Of a stretch of 64,000 nt of DNA, positions 47,635-57,296 are shown one piece after another. The notes beneath the pieces were generated by a model. The model was given only the letters and a program-made list of their open reading frames with translations. It made no database searches and was not told the origin of the DNA. Both the position numbers and the translations under genes were made by a program. The stretch is taken from assembly GCA_051866635.1 (NCBI GenBank), contig JBJDXJ010000038.1:126051-190050 (forward strand). Direction: 5' to 3'. Source of the DNA: Clostridia bacterium (GTDB taxonomy: Bacteria > Bacillota > Clostridia > UMGS1883). The stretch's first letter is position 1. Each line of letters opens with the position of its first letter.

Positions 47635-48327
47635 ATGATAAGAAAAATAATAAGAATTGATGAATCAAGGTGCAACGGATGCGGTGCGTGTGCTTTAGCC
47701 TGCCATGAAGGTGCAATTGAAATGATAAACGGTAAAGCTAAACTGACCAGGGAGGATTACTGCGATGGGCTTGGCGACTGCCTACCTGCTTGTCCGAAAA
47801 ATGCTATAAGCTTTGAAGAAAGAGAAACCCCTCAATACGATGAAGCGGCAGTTAAAAAAGCTCAAATGCAAAAGAAGGATGCGACTTTGCCCTGCGGATG
47901 CCCGGGAACACAGTCAAAAGCCATAGTCCGCAAGGAGAAATGCATAGAAAATAAATCCGTGGAAAGTGAGCTTTGTCAGTGGCCGGTACAAATAAAGCTG
48001 GTGCCTGTAAACGCACCTTATTTTGAAAATGCAAATCTTTTGATTGCGGCAGACTGCACCGCCTATGCTTACGGAAATTTTCATTATGAATTTATAAGAA
48101 ACCATATAACCCTCATTGGATGCCCAAAACTTGACGAGGGAGACTATACCGAGAAATTGACAGAGATTATTTCAAACAATGAAGTTAAAAGTGTGACTGT
48201 TGTCCGCATGGAGGTACCCTGTTGCGGCGGAATAGAAAATGCGGCAAAAAATGCAATTAAAGAAAGCGGCAAATTTATACCCTGGAGAGTTGTTACAATT
48301 TCCACAGACGGAAGGATAATAGATTAA
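47635..48327 (+). CDS. 4Fe-4S dicluster domain protein
   Basis: 230 aa. Cluster motifs: CNGCGACALAC and CDGLGDCLPACP. Confidence 0.8.
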   Translation: MIRKIIRIDESRCNGCGACALACHEGAIEMINGKAKLTREDYCDGLGDCLPACPKNAISFEERETPQYDEAAVKKAQMQKKDATLPCGCPGTQSKAIVRKEKCIENKSVESELCQWPVQIKLVPVNAPYFENANLLIAADCTAYAYGNFHYEFIRNHITLIGCPKLDEGDYTEKLTEIISNNEVKSVTVVRMEVPCCGGIENAAKNAIKESGKFIPWRVVTISTDGRIID

Positions 48328-48530
48328 TATAAAGGTGCGATGCCCCCTGTAAGTTGGATTTATTAATTCTGATTTACGGGGGGCATTATATGTGTTATGG
48401 TGCTGCACGACAGGCAGACAAAATATTTATGGAAACATAAGCCCGCTTATAAAGCCGAGAAAAAGATGAATTCTCTCTTGAATTTAACAGAAACGTGCAA
48501 TAAAGGTAAGTATATTTACAATTTATAAAT

Positions 48531-48571
48531 AAAAAATGCCTTGTAACCGTAAAAAGTTGCAGGGCATTTTT
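48531..48571. terminator. Bidirectional terminator hairpin to the left of the invertible segment
   Basis: aaaaaatgccttg-...-cagggcattttt forms a 12-bp stem with one G-U pair. A/T runs lie on both sides. Confidence 0.65.
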
Positions 48572-48755
48572 ATGCATTCAGGTATAATTCAATTCATAAT
48601 CAATGGAAATAAACACTTTATCTGATATAGTTACAATACAAGTTTGCAAACTTATTAAGTCCGTAAACTAAATATTTTCGGACAGCGTAAAAATCTGCAT
48701 TATTACTGAATTTTACGGCTTTTTATATCTAATGACAGCATAAGATGTTAAAATG

Positions 48756-48784
48756 ATTGTAGCACACAAACTGCGGTAAATCAA
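48756..48784 (-). promoter_or_regulatory. Outward-facing near-consensus promoter inside the segment (TTGATT, 17-nt spacer, TGcTACAAT on the minus strand)
   Basis: The reverse complement of 48756-48784 reads TTGATT taccgcagtttgtgtgc TACAAT. TG lies at -15/-14. Transcription would run toward the left repeat. Confidence 0.55.
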
Positions 48785-48871
48785 GTGTTTTGTCAAGTTT
48801 CTCCATTTTGTACAAAAATATTTTGTTTTATTCTCAGTCAGTATTGTAGTCAGATGAAAGGAAGTGTTGTT

Positions 48872-49924
48872 ATGGCTCGCAGAGGTGAAAATATTTATAA
48901 GCGTAAAGACGGTCGTTACGAGGGCAGATATATAAAATATTACGATATGTCCGGCAAGGCTGTTTACGGATATATTTATTCAAAAAGCTATATGGAAATC
49001 AAAGAAAGACTCGCAAAGTGTAAAACGGAAAGACAATCAGAAATTAAGGATTCAAACACTTTGCTTTGCGATTGGCTTGAAATATGGATGATGTCGCAAG
49101 GACTTTTAAAACCTACTACCAAAAGAGTTTATAAAAGCCATATTAAAAACCATATCAATCCGCAAATTGGTAATATTCCGCTAAAAAAGCTAAATGCCGA
49201 AATTTTGCAGAATTTTATAAACAGTTTGGAGTTGTCTGCTTCAACGATAAAAACAGTATTCAGTACATTAAAATCTGCATTATCAGAAGCAGAAGATAAA
49301 GGATTTATAACAAATGTATGGAGTAAGGTTAAATTACCCAAAAAGGATATATCAATAGTTCGGGTTTTATCGGCAGCAGAACAGCAACGGCTTGAAAAAG
49401 TATTAATAGACGGTGTCGATATGGGTATTTTAATTTGTTTATATACAGGGCTTCGTATAGGGGAATTGTGTGCGTTAAAATGGTCGGATATTAACTTTGA
49501 ATTGTCAATACTGACTGTAAACGGAACACAGGCAAGAACAGAAAACGGTGTTGAAATTATATCTCCAAAGAGCAAGAGCTCAAAAAGAGAAATTCCTATA
49601 CCGCCGTTTCTTCTTGATAAAATCAAGTCACTACCACGAAAAGGTAAGTTTGTTGTTTCAAAATACGGAAAGCCTTTTGATGTCCGCACTTACAGGAGGC
49701 ATTTCAAAAAAATATTGAAAAAAGCGAATTTGCCGGATATAAAATTTCATTCCCTGAGGCACACATTTTCAACCCGTGCTTTAGAGGTGGGTATGGATTA
49801 TAAAACCTTGTCGGAAATTCTCGGTCATTCATCGGTAGCAATTACTCTTGATTTGTATGCACATTCTCTTAAAGAGCATAAGAAAAATCAGATGTGCAAG
49901 CTCGTCGAAATTTATAATTCATAG
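48872..49924 (+). CDS. Tyrosine site-specific recombinase/integrase with an N-terminal arm-type DNA-binding domain
   Basis: The ORF runs 48785..49924. The likely start is ATG 48872 (GAAAGGAAG RBS). The N-terminus is MARRGENIYKRKDGRYEGRY. Catalytic motifs: TGLRIGEL, HSLRHTF and LGHSSVAITLDLYAH. Confidence 0.9.
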   Translation: MARRGENIYKRKDGRYEGRYIKYYDMSGKAVYGYIYSKSYMEIKERLAKCKTERQSEIKDSNTLLCDWLEIWMMSQGLLKPTTKRVYKSHIKNHINPQIGNIPLKKLNAEILQNFINSLELSASTIKTVFSTLKSALSEAEDKGFITNVWSKVKLPKKDISIVRVLSAAEQQRLEKVLIDGVDMGILICLYTGLRIGELCALKWSDINFELSILTVNGTQARTENGVEIISPKSKSSKREIPIPPFLLDKIKSLPRKGKFVVSKYGKPFDVRTYRRHFKKILKKANLPDIKFHSLRHTFSTRALEVGMDYKTLSEILGHSSVAITLDLYAHSLKEHKKNQMCKLVEIYNS

Positions 49925-50198
49925 TCAAAGTTTATAGTCAGAAAGGCGTAAAGGCTGATTAAATCACAGTCTTTACGCTTTTTGTCCGAAAATATTTAGT
50001 TTACGGACAAATGGTAAATAAATCAAGTTATTATTACTATTTTTATAGTTATTATGTGTTATTGACGGAAAATTTAATACAAGAAGGTGAGAAAATGTTT
50101 TTAAACAAAGAGTTAAAAGTGTTAATGCCACCTTAGTTATGAGGGAATTAACTTTAATATCAAAATACAATAATGATTAACTGAAAGGATTTACAAAT

Positions 50199-53153
50199 AT
50201 GAAAAAAATAATTACAGCATTGTTGGCATTTGTAATGCTCGTGTCTAGTACAGTGTCATTTGCAGCAAATGAAATGTTTTTTTACAAAGACGAAACAAAA
50301 GTATATTTCAATAATGAATTTGTTGATATTTTAGATGGAGAAGGTATAGCACCAACAGTCAAAGATGGTGTATTTTATGTGCCAATCAGACCATTCGTAG
50401 AATTGAAAAATGGATATATTACATGGAAAGTTAATGGCGAAAAACTCCAAGCCGATTTTGCAGTAGGAAGTTATTATACAATCCAGGATAATTCTAATGA
50501 AATAGTAGAATATACAGGTGTAAATGAAACATTAAGTGCAGAAGTTTTTCTAAACACAAATTACAATCGTTTAATGGTTCCCGCAGATACATTTGAGAAG
50601 TTAGGATACAAAATAATTCAAGGCGATGACTATTTAGGAATATTCTCAATATCCAAACATGAAGATGTTCAAGCTATTGCATTTGATAGGAATTCTACCA
50701 TTTCCGAAGCTACTGTTAAATATACTCTTTTAAATGATAAGGGTGATGTATTTATAAGAGATTTATCAAATACTGGTGATATTGTTAATACAGTAGTTGG
50801 TGGTTTGGGAGCTTCTATTGACATTACAGTAAATAATGGTAGTGTGGACAGTGCAACAATTTCATTTGCATATGATGAATCAAAATTAGGCACAACAAAC
50901 GAGTCTGATTTAAAAATTGTATGGTATAATGAAATTTTAGGACGCATGGAATTGTTGGAAAATTCTGTTGTAGACACAAACAATAATGTTGTATTAGTTC
51001 AGTCATCTCATTTTAGTAAATACAGTGTAGTAGATTCCAAACAATGGTATGCAGCATGGGCAGAAACACAGTTAATAAAAAGAGATGATACTAAAGGAAA
51101 TGGCTTATTTAATGTTAATTTAGTATTGGATACATCAGGAAGTATGAACGGTTCAGTTGCTTTATTAAAAGAAACCGTTATTAAGTTTATAGACGGATTA
51201 AATGATAATGATATTATAAATGTAATAACTTTCTCAAACGGTGCAGAAACATTAATAGACAGCAATTCAAAATCAAATTCAAACTATGAAAATATTATCA
51301 ACCGTATATCTGCAAACGGTGGAACAGATATGATTTCCGGATTAAATGAGGTTCTTTATGGCAATATACTTATAGAGCCTGTAAATCCCACAGAAGAAGA
51401 AAAACTACAATATGAACAACACAAGCAAATTCAAGATTTGAAAAACAATGCAACGACTGTTACTATTTTATTATCCGACGGTGTGCCGGATTCAGATAAT
51501 AATACTGATGATATCATATCATCATGCAAAACTATTGCATTAAGAGGAAAATTTATTTCTGTAGCATTAGGCTCAGGTTCTCATTCGGCACTAATGGAAA
51601 AAATAGCAAAGGAAACAAACGGATTATATAAATATATAAGTGATTCTAATGGATTATTAGAAATGTTTATGCAAATAAGTGGTGAAGTTATTGGTCTTGA
51701 GCAGGATACAGATGGTGATGGAATCCCCGATTTAATTGAGACAACAGGCATGAGAGATCAAGCCGGAAATATATTTACAACTGATCCAAACAAAGCTGAC
51801 ACAGATGGAGATATGTTGTCTGATGGTGATGAAATGGGTGTGTTTGTAAATGAAAATGGAGGTTATTTTATAAGGGAATCTAATCCTAATATATTTACTA
51901 CGTTCCAAAGTATTGCACAATTAGGAGATAATTCAATAGATGCTTTGTTCTCAGACTATAATGGTAATTTTAAGATTAAGTTAAATATGAATGTATTGTC
52001 AGAGAAAATTATGGAAAAAACTGTATTTTCATCTTCTGGAAATGCTGTAAACCATTCAGCAATGGAAACTCTTTATGCAAGTGTACAAAACTTGAAGATT
52101 TCTTTTTCAAAATTACCAGATTGCATAGAAAATCCTCAATTAGCACCATATCAGGTTGCTGTTGCTGAATCAGGACATTCATATAATTATATCGTCGTTG
52201 CAAAATGCAAAAATGGTGGAGTAAATTGTAAAAACAATCATACAATAGAAATTACTATTAGTGGAGATAACCTTGATCCAGTAGTAGTTAAACAAGATGT
52301 TGATTTAAATCAGATTATGTTAGAACAAGCAAGAAAAGATGTTTCTTCAATTCAAACTGAAATATCAAATCAAACCAAACGAAAAGCAACTGAGTATGTA
52401 ACATCGGAAAATACAAAGGTATACAATAGCTCTAACGAATTGCTGAATAGTATAAATTTAATTCAAACCAATATACCAAATGATGCACAAATTGCTATAA
52501 AAAATGTAATTATGAATTTGGTTGCTGAGAAAAAGGGATTGGAAAAAATTAGTATAAATCCATCACAGCAAATTAAGGATTGTGCCGAATTAATCGGTAT
52601 GGTAAATGATGAAACATTTTATCCTGTAATTAACGGAGTTCAATACGAAGTACATATCACAGGAAGTTTTATTCCTAAAATTAATTTATTTTCGTTGCCC
52701 TATATAAACGGTACTTGCAATGTGAAAAATAAACCTAATGAAAAATATAGTTTTTCATATATTCCTACCGACAGGGATGAAGTTAATAAATTTTTAGACG
52801 CATACAATAAGGCATTGGATGATTCAAAACAAGAGGCTATTGAAGAAATAGATAAACAAGGAAAAGCAGCAATAAAATCTATTTTAAATGAAACCTTTAA
52901 GGCGTGGGGCGTTACTGAAATAATGAATAAGTTAGAAGCAGATGCACTAAAGGAAGTTGGAATTTATGAGGAAGTGCAGATGTATAAAACAGGTTTAGAC
53001 CTATTAGAAAAAGTTTCGTCTACTGAAGGGTTTTCACCTAAAGATGCTGTTGATACTTGTAAAGAATATAAGGATTATGGAACGAAAAGCAGTATAATAA
53101 GTGATTGGGCAACAGATAAAATAACAGATTTAATAAAATTTCTTTCAAAATAA
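50199..53153 (+). CDS. Secreted multidomain protein: copper-amine-oxidase-N-like domain, vWA domain (MIDAS), thrombospondin-type-3-like Ca-binding repeats and an unknown C-terminal half
   Basis: 984 aa with signal peptide MKKIITALLAFVMLVSSTVSFA. It has a FYVPIRPFVELKNG stalk-like domain and VNLVLDTSGSMNGS (DxSxS MIDAS). Ca-binding repeats: DTDGDGIPDLIE and DTDGDMLSDGDE. Confidence 0.75.
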   Translation: MKKIITALLAFVMLVSSTVSFAANEMFFYKDETKVYFNNEFVDILDGEGIAPTVKDGVFYVPIRPFVELKNGYITWKVNGEKLQADFAVGSYYTIQDNSNEIVEYTGVNETLSAEVFLNTNYNRLMVPADTFEKLGYKIIQGDDYLGIFSISKHEDVQAIAFDRNSTISEATVKYTLLNDKGDVFIRDLSNTGDIVNTVVGGLGASIDITVNNGSVDSATISFAYDESKLGTTNESDLKIVWYNEILGRMELLENSVVDTNNNVVLVQSSHFSKYSVVDSKQWYAAWAETQLIKRDDTKGNGLFNVNLVLDTSGSMNGSVALLKETVIKFIDGLNDNDIINVITFSNGAETLIDSNSKSNSNYENIINRISANGGTDMISGLNEVLYGNILIEPVNPTEEEKLQYEQHKQIQDLKNNATTVTILLSDGVPDSDNNTDDIISSCKTIALRGKFISVALGSGSHSALMEKIAKETNGLYKYISDSNGLLEMFMQISGEVIGLEQDTDGDGIPDLIETTGMRDQAGNIFTTDPNKADTDGDMLSDGDEMGVFVNENGGYFIRESNPNIFTTFQSIAQLGDNSIDALFSDYNGNFKIKLNMNVLSEKIMEKTVFSSSGNAVNHSAMETLYASVQNLKISFSKLPDCIENPQLAPYQVAVAESGHSYNYIVVAKCKNGGVNCKNNHTIEITISGDNLDPVVVKQDVDLNQIMLEQARKDVSSIQTEISNQTKRKATEYVTSENTKVYNSSNELLNSINLIQTNIPNDAQIAIKNVIMNLVAEKKGLEKISINPSQQIKDCAELIGMVNDETFYPVINGVQYEVHITGSFIPKINLFSLPYINGTCNVKNKPNEKYSFSYIPTDRDEVNKFLDAYNKALDDSKQEAIEEIDKQGKAAIKSILNETFKAWGVTEIMNKLEADALKEVGIYEEVQMYKTGLDLLEKVSSTEGFSPKDAVDTCKEYKDYGTKSSIISDWATDKITDLIKFLSK

Positions 53154-53213
53154 GCAATAATGTATATAGGATCAAAATAGGATACAATCCAAAATTTGGT
53201 GTAAAGTCCATAC

Positions 53214-53378
53214 AAGAGACTGTAAAAAAAGTCTCTAAAGAAATAAGTTAAGACCATTTGGGACAGTCCCCCTTATGGCAAATTGGGAGACAATTTGCCA
53301 AAGAAACCTTGCGAGGTTTTGTTGGGACAGTCCCGAAATGGTCTTTTTGTTATCTCAGTGTTGACTTTTTTTACAGCC
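53214..53378 (+). repeat. Structured repeat of about 165 nt, copy 2
   Basis: Same orientation and architecture as 38305-38467. The terminal inverted repeats are gactgtaaaaaaagtc and gactttttttacagcc. Confidence 0.85.
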
Positions 53379-53553
53379 CCTTAATTATGCCAAGGAAATT
53401 TTAAGAAACATGAAAGGTCCTGATGTAAAGAATTTTGATGACCTGAAACTTGTCACCAAAAAAGACTTTAAAGACAAGTTTTGGATAATATGCAGTCGCC
53501 TGCTTTTAGATTTTATTTTAAAATGCTGTATAATAAAAGATAAGGGAGTGTGA

Positions 53554-56500
53554 ATGTATATGAAAAAAGTGGCGTTTATATTAGCTTTAATAATGTTGTT
53601 ATCTTTTTGCCCGTGCATAAGCTTTGCTGATACGGAATATAAGCTCCGCAACGTTAATGACGGGGCATATACGGAAGTCAGTATGAGCGAGTATCAGACA
53701 TATGAAACGGAGCACTTTCAGATTTTTTGGGATACTGACGGCGCAAACAGTGCTAAGGTGACGGACACGTTTTTGAAAAAGTGCGAAACTGTACTGGAAA
53801 ACTGCTGGGATTTATATATTGACAAAATGGGAATGGAACCCACAAGCACGTCTGTAAATTGGGATGGAGATAAAATAACCCAGTACAAAACAAACGTAAT
53901 TTTAATGGGTACAGGCGTTACGCATTATGATTTAGGTGCAAATGACTGGGGCGCTTACGGCTCGGTTGATTCCTGCGGTTACCCGTATTTTATGTGCTGC
54001 TTAGCGGCAATGGATGCACCTACGGTTGTGGCACATGAGTTTGGTCACGCAGTGCATTACGCCCAGGGCGACAACGCATGGAAGGATAATATTTTCCTCG
54101 GCCCTTGGTTTGAGGCGGTGGCAAACTGGTTTGCAGAGCAGTATATTTACGAATATATGCCCGGTACGACACAAATGTCCCATCTGTATCTGAGGGAAAC
54201 ATCTCTTACAAAAATGAACGGCAGAGGCTATTACGAAGCCTGGCCCATCCTTCAGTATTTAACGGAGGACCCCGACAACACGGAAGTATACGGCGAAAAC
54301 TTTGTGCAGAAGCTCCTTAGCTATAACTCCGGCAGTACATCGACCCTTTTCTGGGAGGTGCTGGAGGCTTGTAACGGCAATTTAACAACTGCCGATACTG
54401 TTGGTATGTATGCTTCACACATTGCCACAATGGATTTTAAAAATAAGGATTTATATAACCGCTATATAAATAACTTTTATAACGGTCATTATTTCTACTG
54501 GCAACAGCGATACACAATGCTTGAAAAGTTAGGCAAAGAGGCAAATACATATGCCGTGCCCTTTGAGAGAGCTCCTCAGGCGATGGGATATAATATTACG
54601 CCGCTTAACTTTACACCCGGCGAGGTAACGGTTAAGCTCAATGCTTTAACAGATGTTTACGGCGCAGACTGGAGAGCAAGACTTGTCAAGGAGTCAAACG
54701 GTGTGACAAGTTATTCAAACCTTTTCTCCGACGGCGAAGAGGTGACAATGAATGTGACAAGTGGGGATGAATTATACCTTTCCGTTGCGGCAACACCTTC
54801 CCTTGACACAATGCCCCGTCATACTATTACAGGTTGGGCGGAGCACAGCAAGGAATCAAACTATCCTTATGAAAATAAAACACAGTACCCCTACAGCGTT
54901 ACCCTTACAAATGCAACACCTATGTCACGTCCCGTCTATAGCGGATTGAAACAGCATCCTAACGGTGGGGGATGGATTTCATATAACGCAAACGTGGCAC
55001 CTACTGCATATGTTGGTCCCAACGCGTTGGTGCTTGACCGTGCAACAGTAAGTGACAATGCGGTAATTGACGGTTACGCAATCGTTGCACAAAATGCAAA
55101 GGTAAGCGGCAATGCATATGTTGGCGACACGGCAGTGCTTTTTGACCGTGCCCAGGTCAGCGGAAATGCAAGAGTGATTGAAAACGCCTGCCTCTATGTT
55201 GACTATAAGGTTTCCGGCAATGCTGTTGTAAAGGGACAGGCGTTAGGATTATACAATGGTACAGCAACCGGAGAAACAATCCTCTACGGCGACTGGTTTG
55301 AGGATGAGGGCCACGATTTGAACGGCGGAAGATTTTCGGGCTGGCACTCTATTTCAACGGATGACAAGTATGCAACAAATAATGGCGACTATTATACACG
55401 CGACTATATAGCAGGTCTCCGCACAAGATATGAATTTAATTCTAACTTAAAAGACACCTACGGTTATACCGACCTTTACAGCGTGGGAAACCCTGTGGTG
55501 GATAACGATACCGTGACCTTTGACGGCAAAAACTATGCAGTTCTTGACGATTCTGTCCTTTATTATGACAATATGAAAATTGCCCTCAAAGCAAAAGGCG
55601 AGGGCGAAGTTTTAAATATCGGCGACTGTATTGTACTTACTTTGAATGACAAAGCCATATTGAATGTTGGCGGTAAAACAGTTTCTGTTAATGCCAATGA
55701 CGGTTGGAACGATATTGAAATCGACTTTAACGATGGTGCTGTAACACTCTCCGTAAACGGCAGTGAAAAGAGCCAAAATAGTACTGTCACACCTCTTGAA
55801 GCAACACGAAGCGGTGAAAACTATATAGGCAAAGGCTTTACGGGCAGTGTGGACTATATGCGTATTTTTGATTTGGCAACCTATGTTGAAAGTGACAGCA
55901 TAGATTATACCAGACTGTACCTTGTATTAAATCCTGAAAATAAGAATGCTTTTTATGGGTGGAGGACAGACAGTTCAAACGTAACCTTTAATAAAGGGCT
56001 ACATATTGCGGGTAATACCACGGCAACTGTTACAAGTCCTTCCTGCAAGGCAAACAAGTTTATACTTGAATTTTCACCCTCGGGCGGCAGTACATACCCC
56101 GACCACGGCATTATGGACACAGACGGAGATGTTTTATTCGCACACCGTTATGCAACCGATGCAAAAACGGTATATGTTGGAAGAGGCGAGGTTAATTCCT
56201 ACGTAAGAGGCAACAGCTATATTACGGATGCTGCCGCACAGCAGAGGCTTACTAATTTTGTTGCCGAAAAGATTGAGAATGCAAGTGCAAGAAGTGACCG
56301 TGGTGCGGTGAATTATGCTGAAGGCGATACGGTACGCATAATCGCAGAAAACACAATATGGACAGAGAAAATGGCTGAAAAATTTGCAAACAGTGAAAAC
56401 TATACAGACAATCTTTCTGCTATGACAGATGGAGAAGATGTTTACACTGTAACATACTACTTGATTGACGATGGTTTAACAATGAAGGTCAGCGAAAGTG

Positions 56501-56880
56501 TATACAAGGGCCATTTTAAAGGCTTTGGAGGGTTTAAGGCTGCAGGCGGTACAAAAGGTGTAACGGTTTCGTACAATGACTTGAGGATTTATACAGACAA
56601 TGCTGAGCCCAAGATAATATGTGAAGATATGATGATTAAGTCTGAAGGCTTTGAAGGCGAAGCTTTAGCCGTTTTTGCAGTGTATGATGAAAGATTTGAT
56701 GTTTACACCGAAAAAGTAAAGGGAGATTTTGAAATACCTATCCCCGAAGGCTTTGAAAACAGCAAGTTTATGCTTTTTACAAATCTTGAAGATTTATATC
56801 CTTTAGTAAAATCATTTGATGTGCAGGGGGAAAATATTTATACTGCTTCTGCAGGACAGAATGAGGATACGTTTTTTTGA
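53554..56880 (+). CDS. Secreted HExxH zinc-metallopeptidase-like protein with LbH-type repeats and LamG/concanavalin-like modules
   Basis: 1108 aa. The start is ATG 53554 or 53560 (MKKVAFILALIML). Motifs: HEFGHAVH at 54040-54063 and TEHFQIFWD. A hexapeptide-like run reads VSDNAVIDGYAIVAQNAKVSGNAYVGDTAVLFDRAQVSGNARV. Confidence 0.6.
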   Translation: MYMKKVAFILALIMLLSFCPCISFADTEYKLRNVNDGAYTEVSMSEYQTYETEHFQIFWDTDGANSAKVTDTFLKKCETVLENCWDLYIDKMGMEPTSTSVNWDGDKITQYKTNVILMGTGVTHYDLGANDWGAYGSVDSCGYPYFMCCLAAMDAPTVVAHEFGHAVHYAQGDNAWKDNIFLGPWFEAVANWFAEQYIYEYMPGTTQMSHLYLRETSLTKMNGRGYYEAWPILQYLTEDPDNTEVYGENFVQKLLSYNSGSTSTLFWEVLEACNGNLTTADTVGMYASHIATMDFKNKDLYNRYINNFYNGHYFYWQQRYTMLEKLGKEANTYAVPFERAPQAMGYNITPLNFTPGEVTVKLNALTDVYGADWRARLVKESNGVTSYSNLFSDGEEVTMNVTSGDELYLSVAATPSLDTMPRHTITGWAEHSKESNYPYENKTQYPYSVTLTNATPMSRPVYSGLKQHPNGGGWISYNANVAPTAYVGPNALVLDRATVSDNAVIDGYAIVAQNAKVSGNAYVGDTAVLFDRAQVSGNARVIENACLYVDYKVSGNAVVKGQALGLYNGTATGETILYGDWFEDEGHDLNGGRFSGWHSISTDDKYATNNGDYYTRDYIAGLRTRYEFNSNLKDTYGYTDLYSVGNPVVDNDTVTFDGKNYAVLDDSVLYYDNMKIALKAKGEGEVLNIGDCIVLTLNDKAILNVGGKTVSVNANDGWNDIEIDFNDGAVTLSVNGSEKSQNSTVTPLEATRSGENYIGKGFTGSVDYMRIFDLATYVESDSIDYTRLYLVLNPENKNAFYGWRTDSSNVTFNKGLHIAGNTTATVTSPSCKANKFILEFSPSGGSTYPDHGIMDTDGDVLFAHRYATDAKTVYVGRGEVNSYVRGNSYITDAAAQQRLTNFVAEKIENASARSDRGAVNYAEGDTVRIIAENTIWTEKMAEKFANSENYTDNLSAMTDGEDVYTVTYYLIDDGLTMKVSESVYKGHFKGFGGFKAAGGTKGVTVSYNDLRIYTDNAEPKIICEDMMIKSEGFEGEALAVFAVYDERFDVYTEKVKGDFEIPIPEGFENSKFMLFTNLEDLYPLVKSFDVQGENIYTASAGQNEDTFF

Positions 56881-56977
56881 TATTACTCCAAGGACTCCGT
56901 TGCGGACTGTAAGCGTCAGCTTACATCCCGGTTTTGGTATTGTGAAAATCCGTTTAAATCAGTATGAATAAAAAAGT

Positions 56978-57121
56978 AAAACGCAGACCGACAAAAACGG
57001 TCTGCGTTTAAGTTTAGCGGAAGTTCATTCCATTAATTTTGGTGGGCTTGCCTTGGTAGGTGACACGGCGTAAGGCTTCACCGATATTACTCTTTAAAAC
57101 TAATTGAATTTTGGTCGGTAA
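56978..57121 (-). repeat. Hairpin plus C-terminal gene-remnant repeat, copy 1
   Basis: A 12-bp stem (aaacgcagaccg/cggtctgcgttt) is followed on the minus strand by a start-less frame ...KSNIGEALRRVTYQGKPTKINGMNFR*. Confidence 0.8.
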
Positions 57122-57296
57122 TTAAGGTGTAAAATGGAATTTGTGAGTTTTGTAATAGGGGAAACTGCGTTTAATATATAGTTATTTTAGCATGTAGAAA
57201 AGGGGTCGTTGTTTTGATAAAACACCTCTGCATAAAAACTATTGAATAATTAATAAAATACAGGTATAATCAAAACAAGAGATTTATCGTAAAAAG

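Larger units (their letters stand above)
48659..50008. mobile_element. Candidate invertible DNA segment (recombinase plus outward promoter between 26-bp perfect inverted repeats)
   Basis: gtccgtaaactaaatattttcggaca (48659-48684) is the exact reverse complement of 49983-50008. Each 26-mer has 9-bp inverted arms around a 7-bp asymmetric spacer. Confidence 0.6.

Noticed and set aside
38305-53378. The two 165-nt direct repeats might be attL and attR of a 15-kb integrated element carrying the integrase at 48872-49924.
   Set aside because: The interval holds mainly housekeeping-type genes (metQNI, an amino-acid ABC transporter, nadA, mnmA, crp). The integrase lies 3.3 kb from the nearer repeat and has its own 26-bp inverted repeats. 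Each 165-nt copy also has terminal inverted repeats of its own, which fits independent MITE-like insertions better. The idea is not excluded, but the evidence I can see does not support it.
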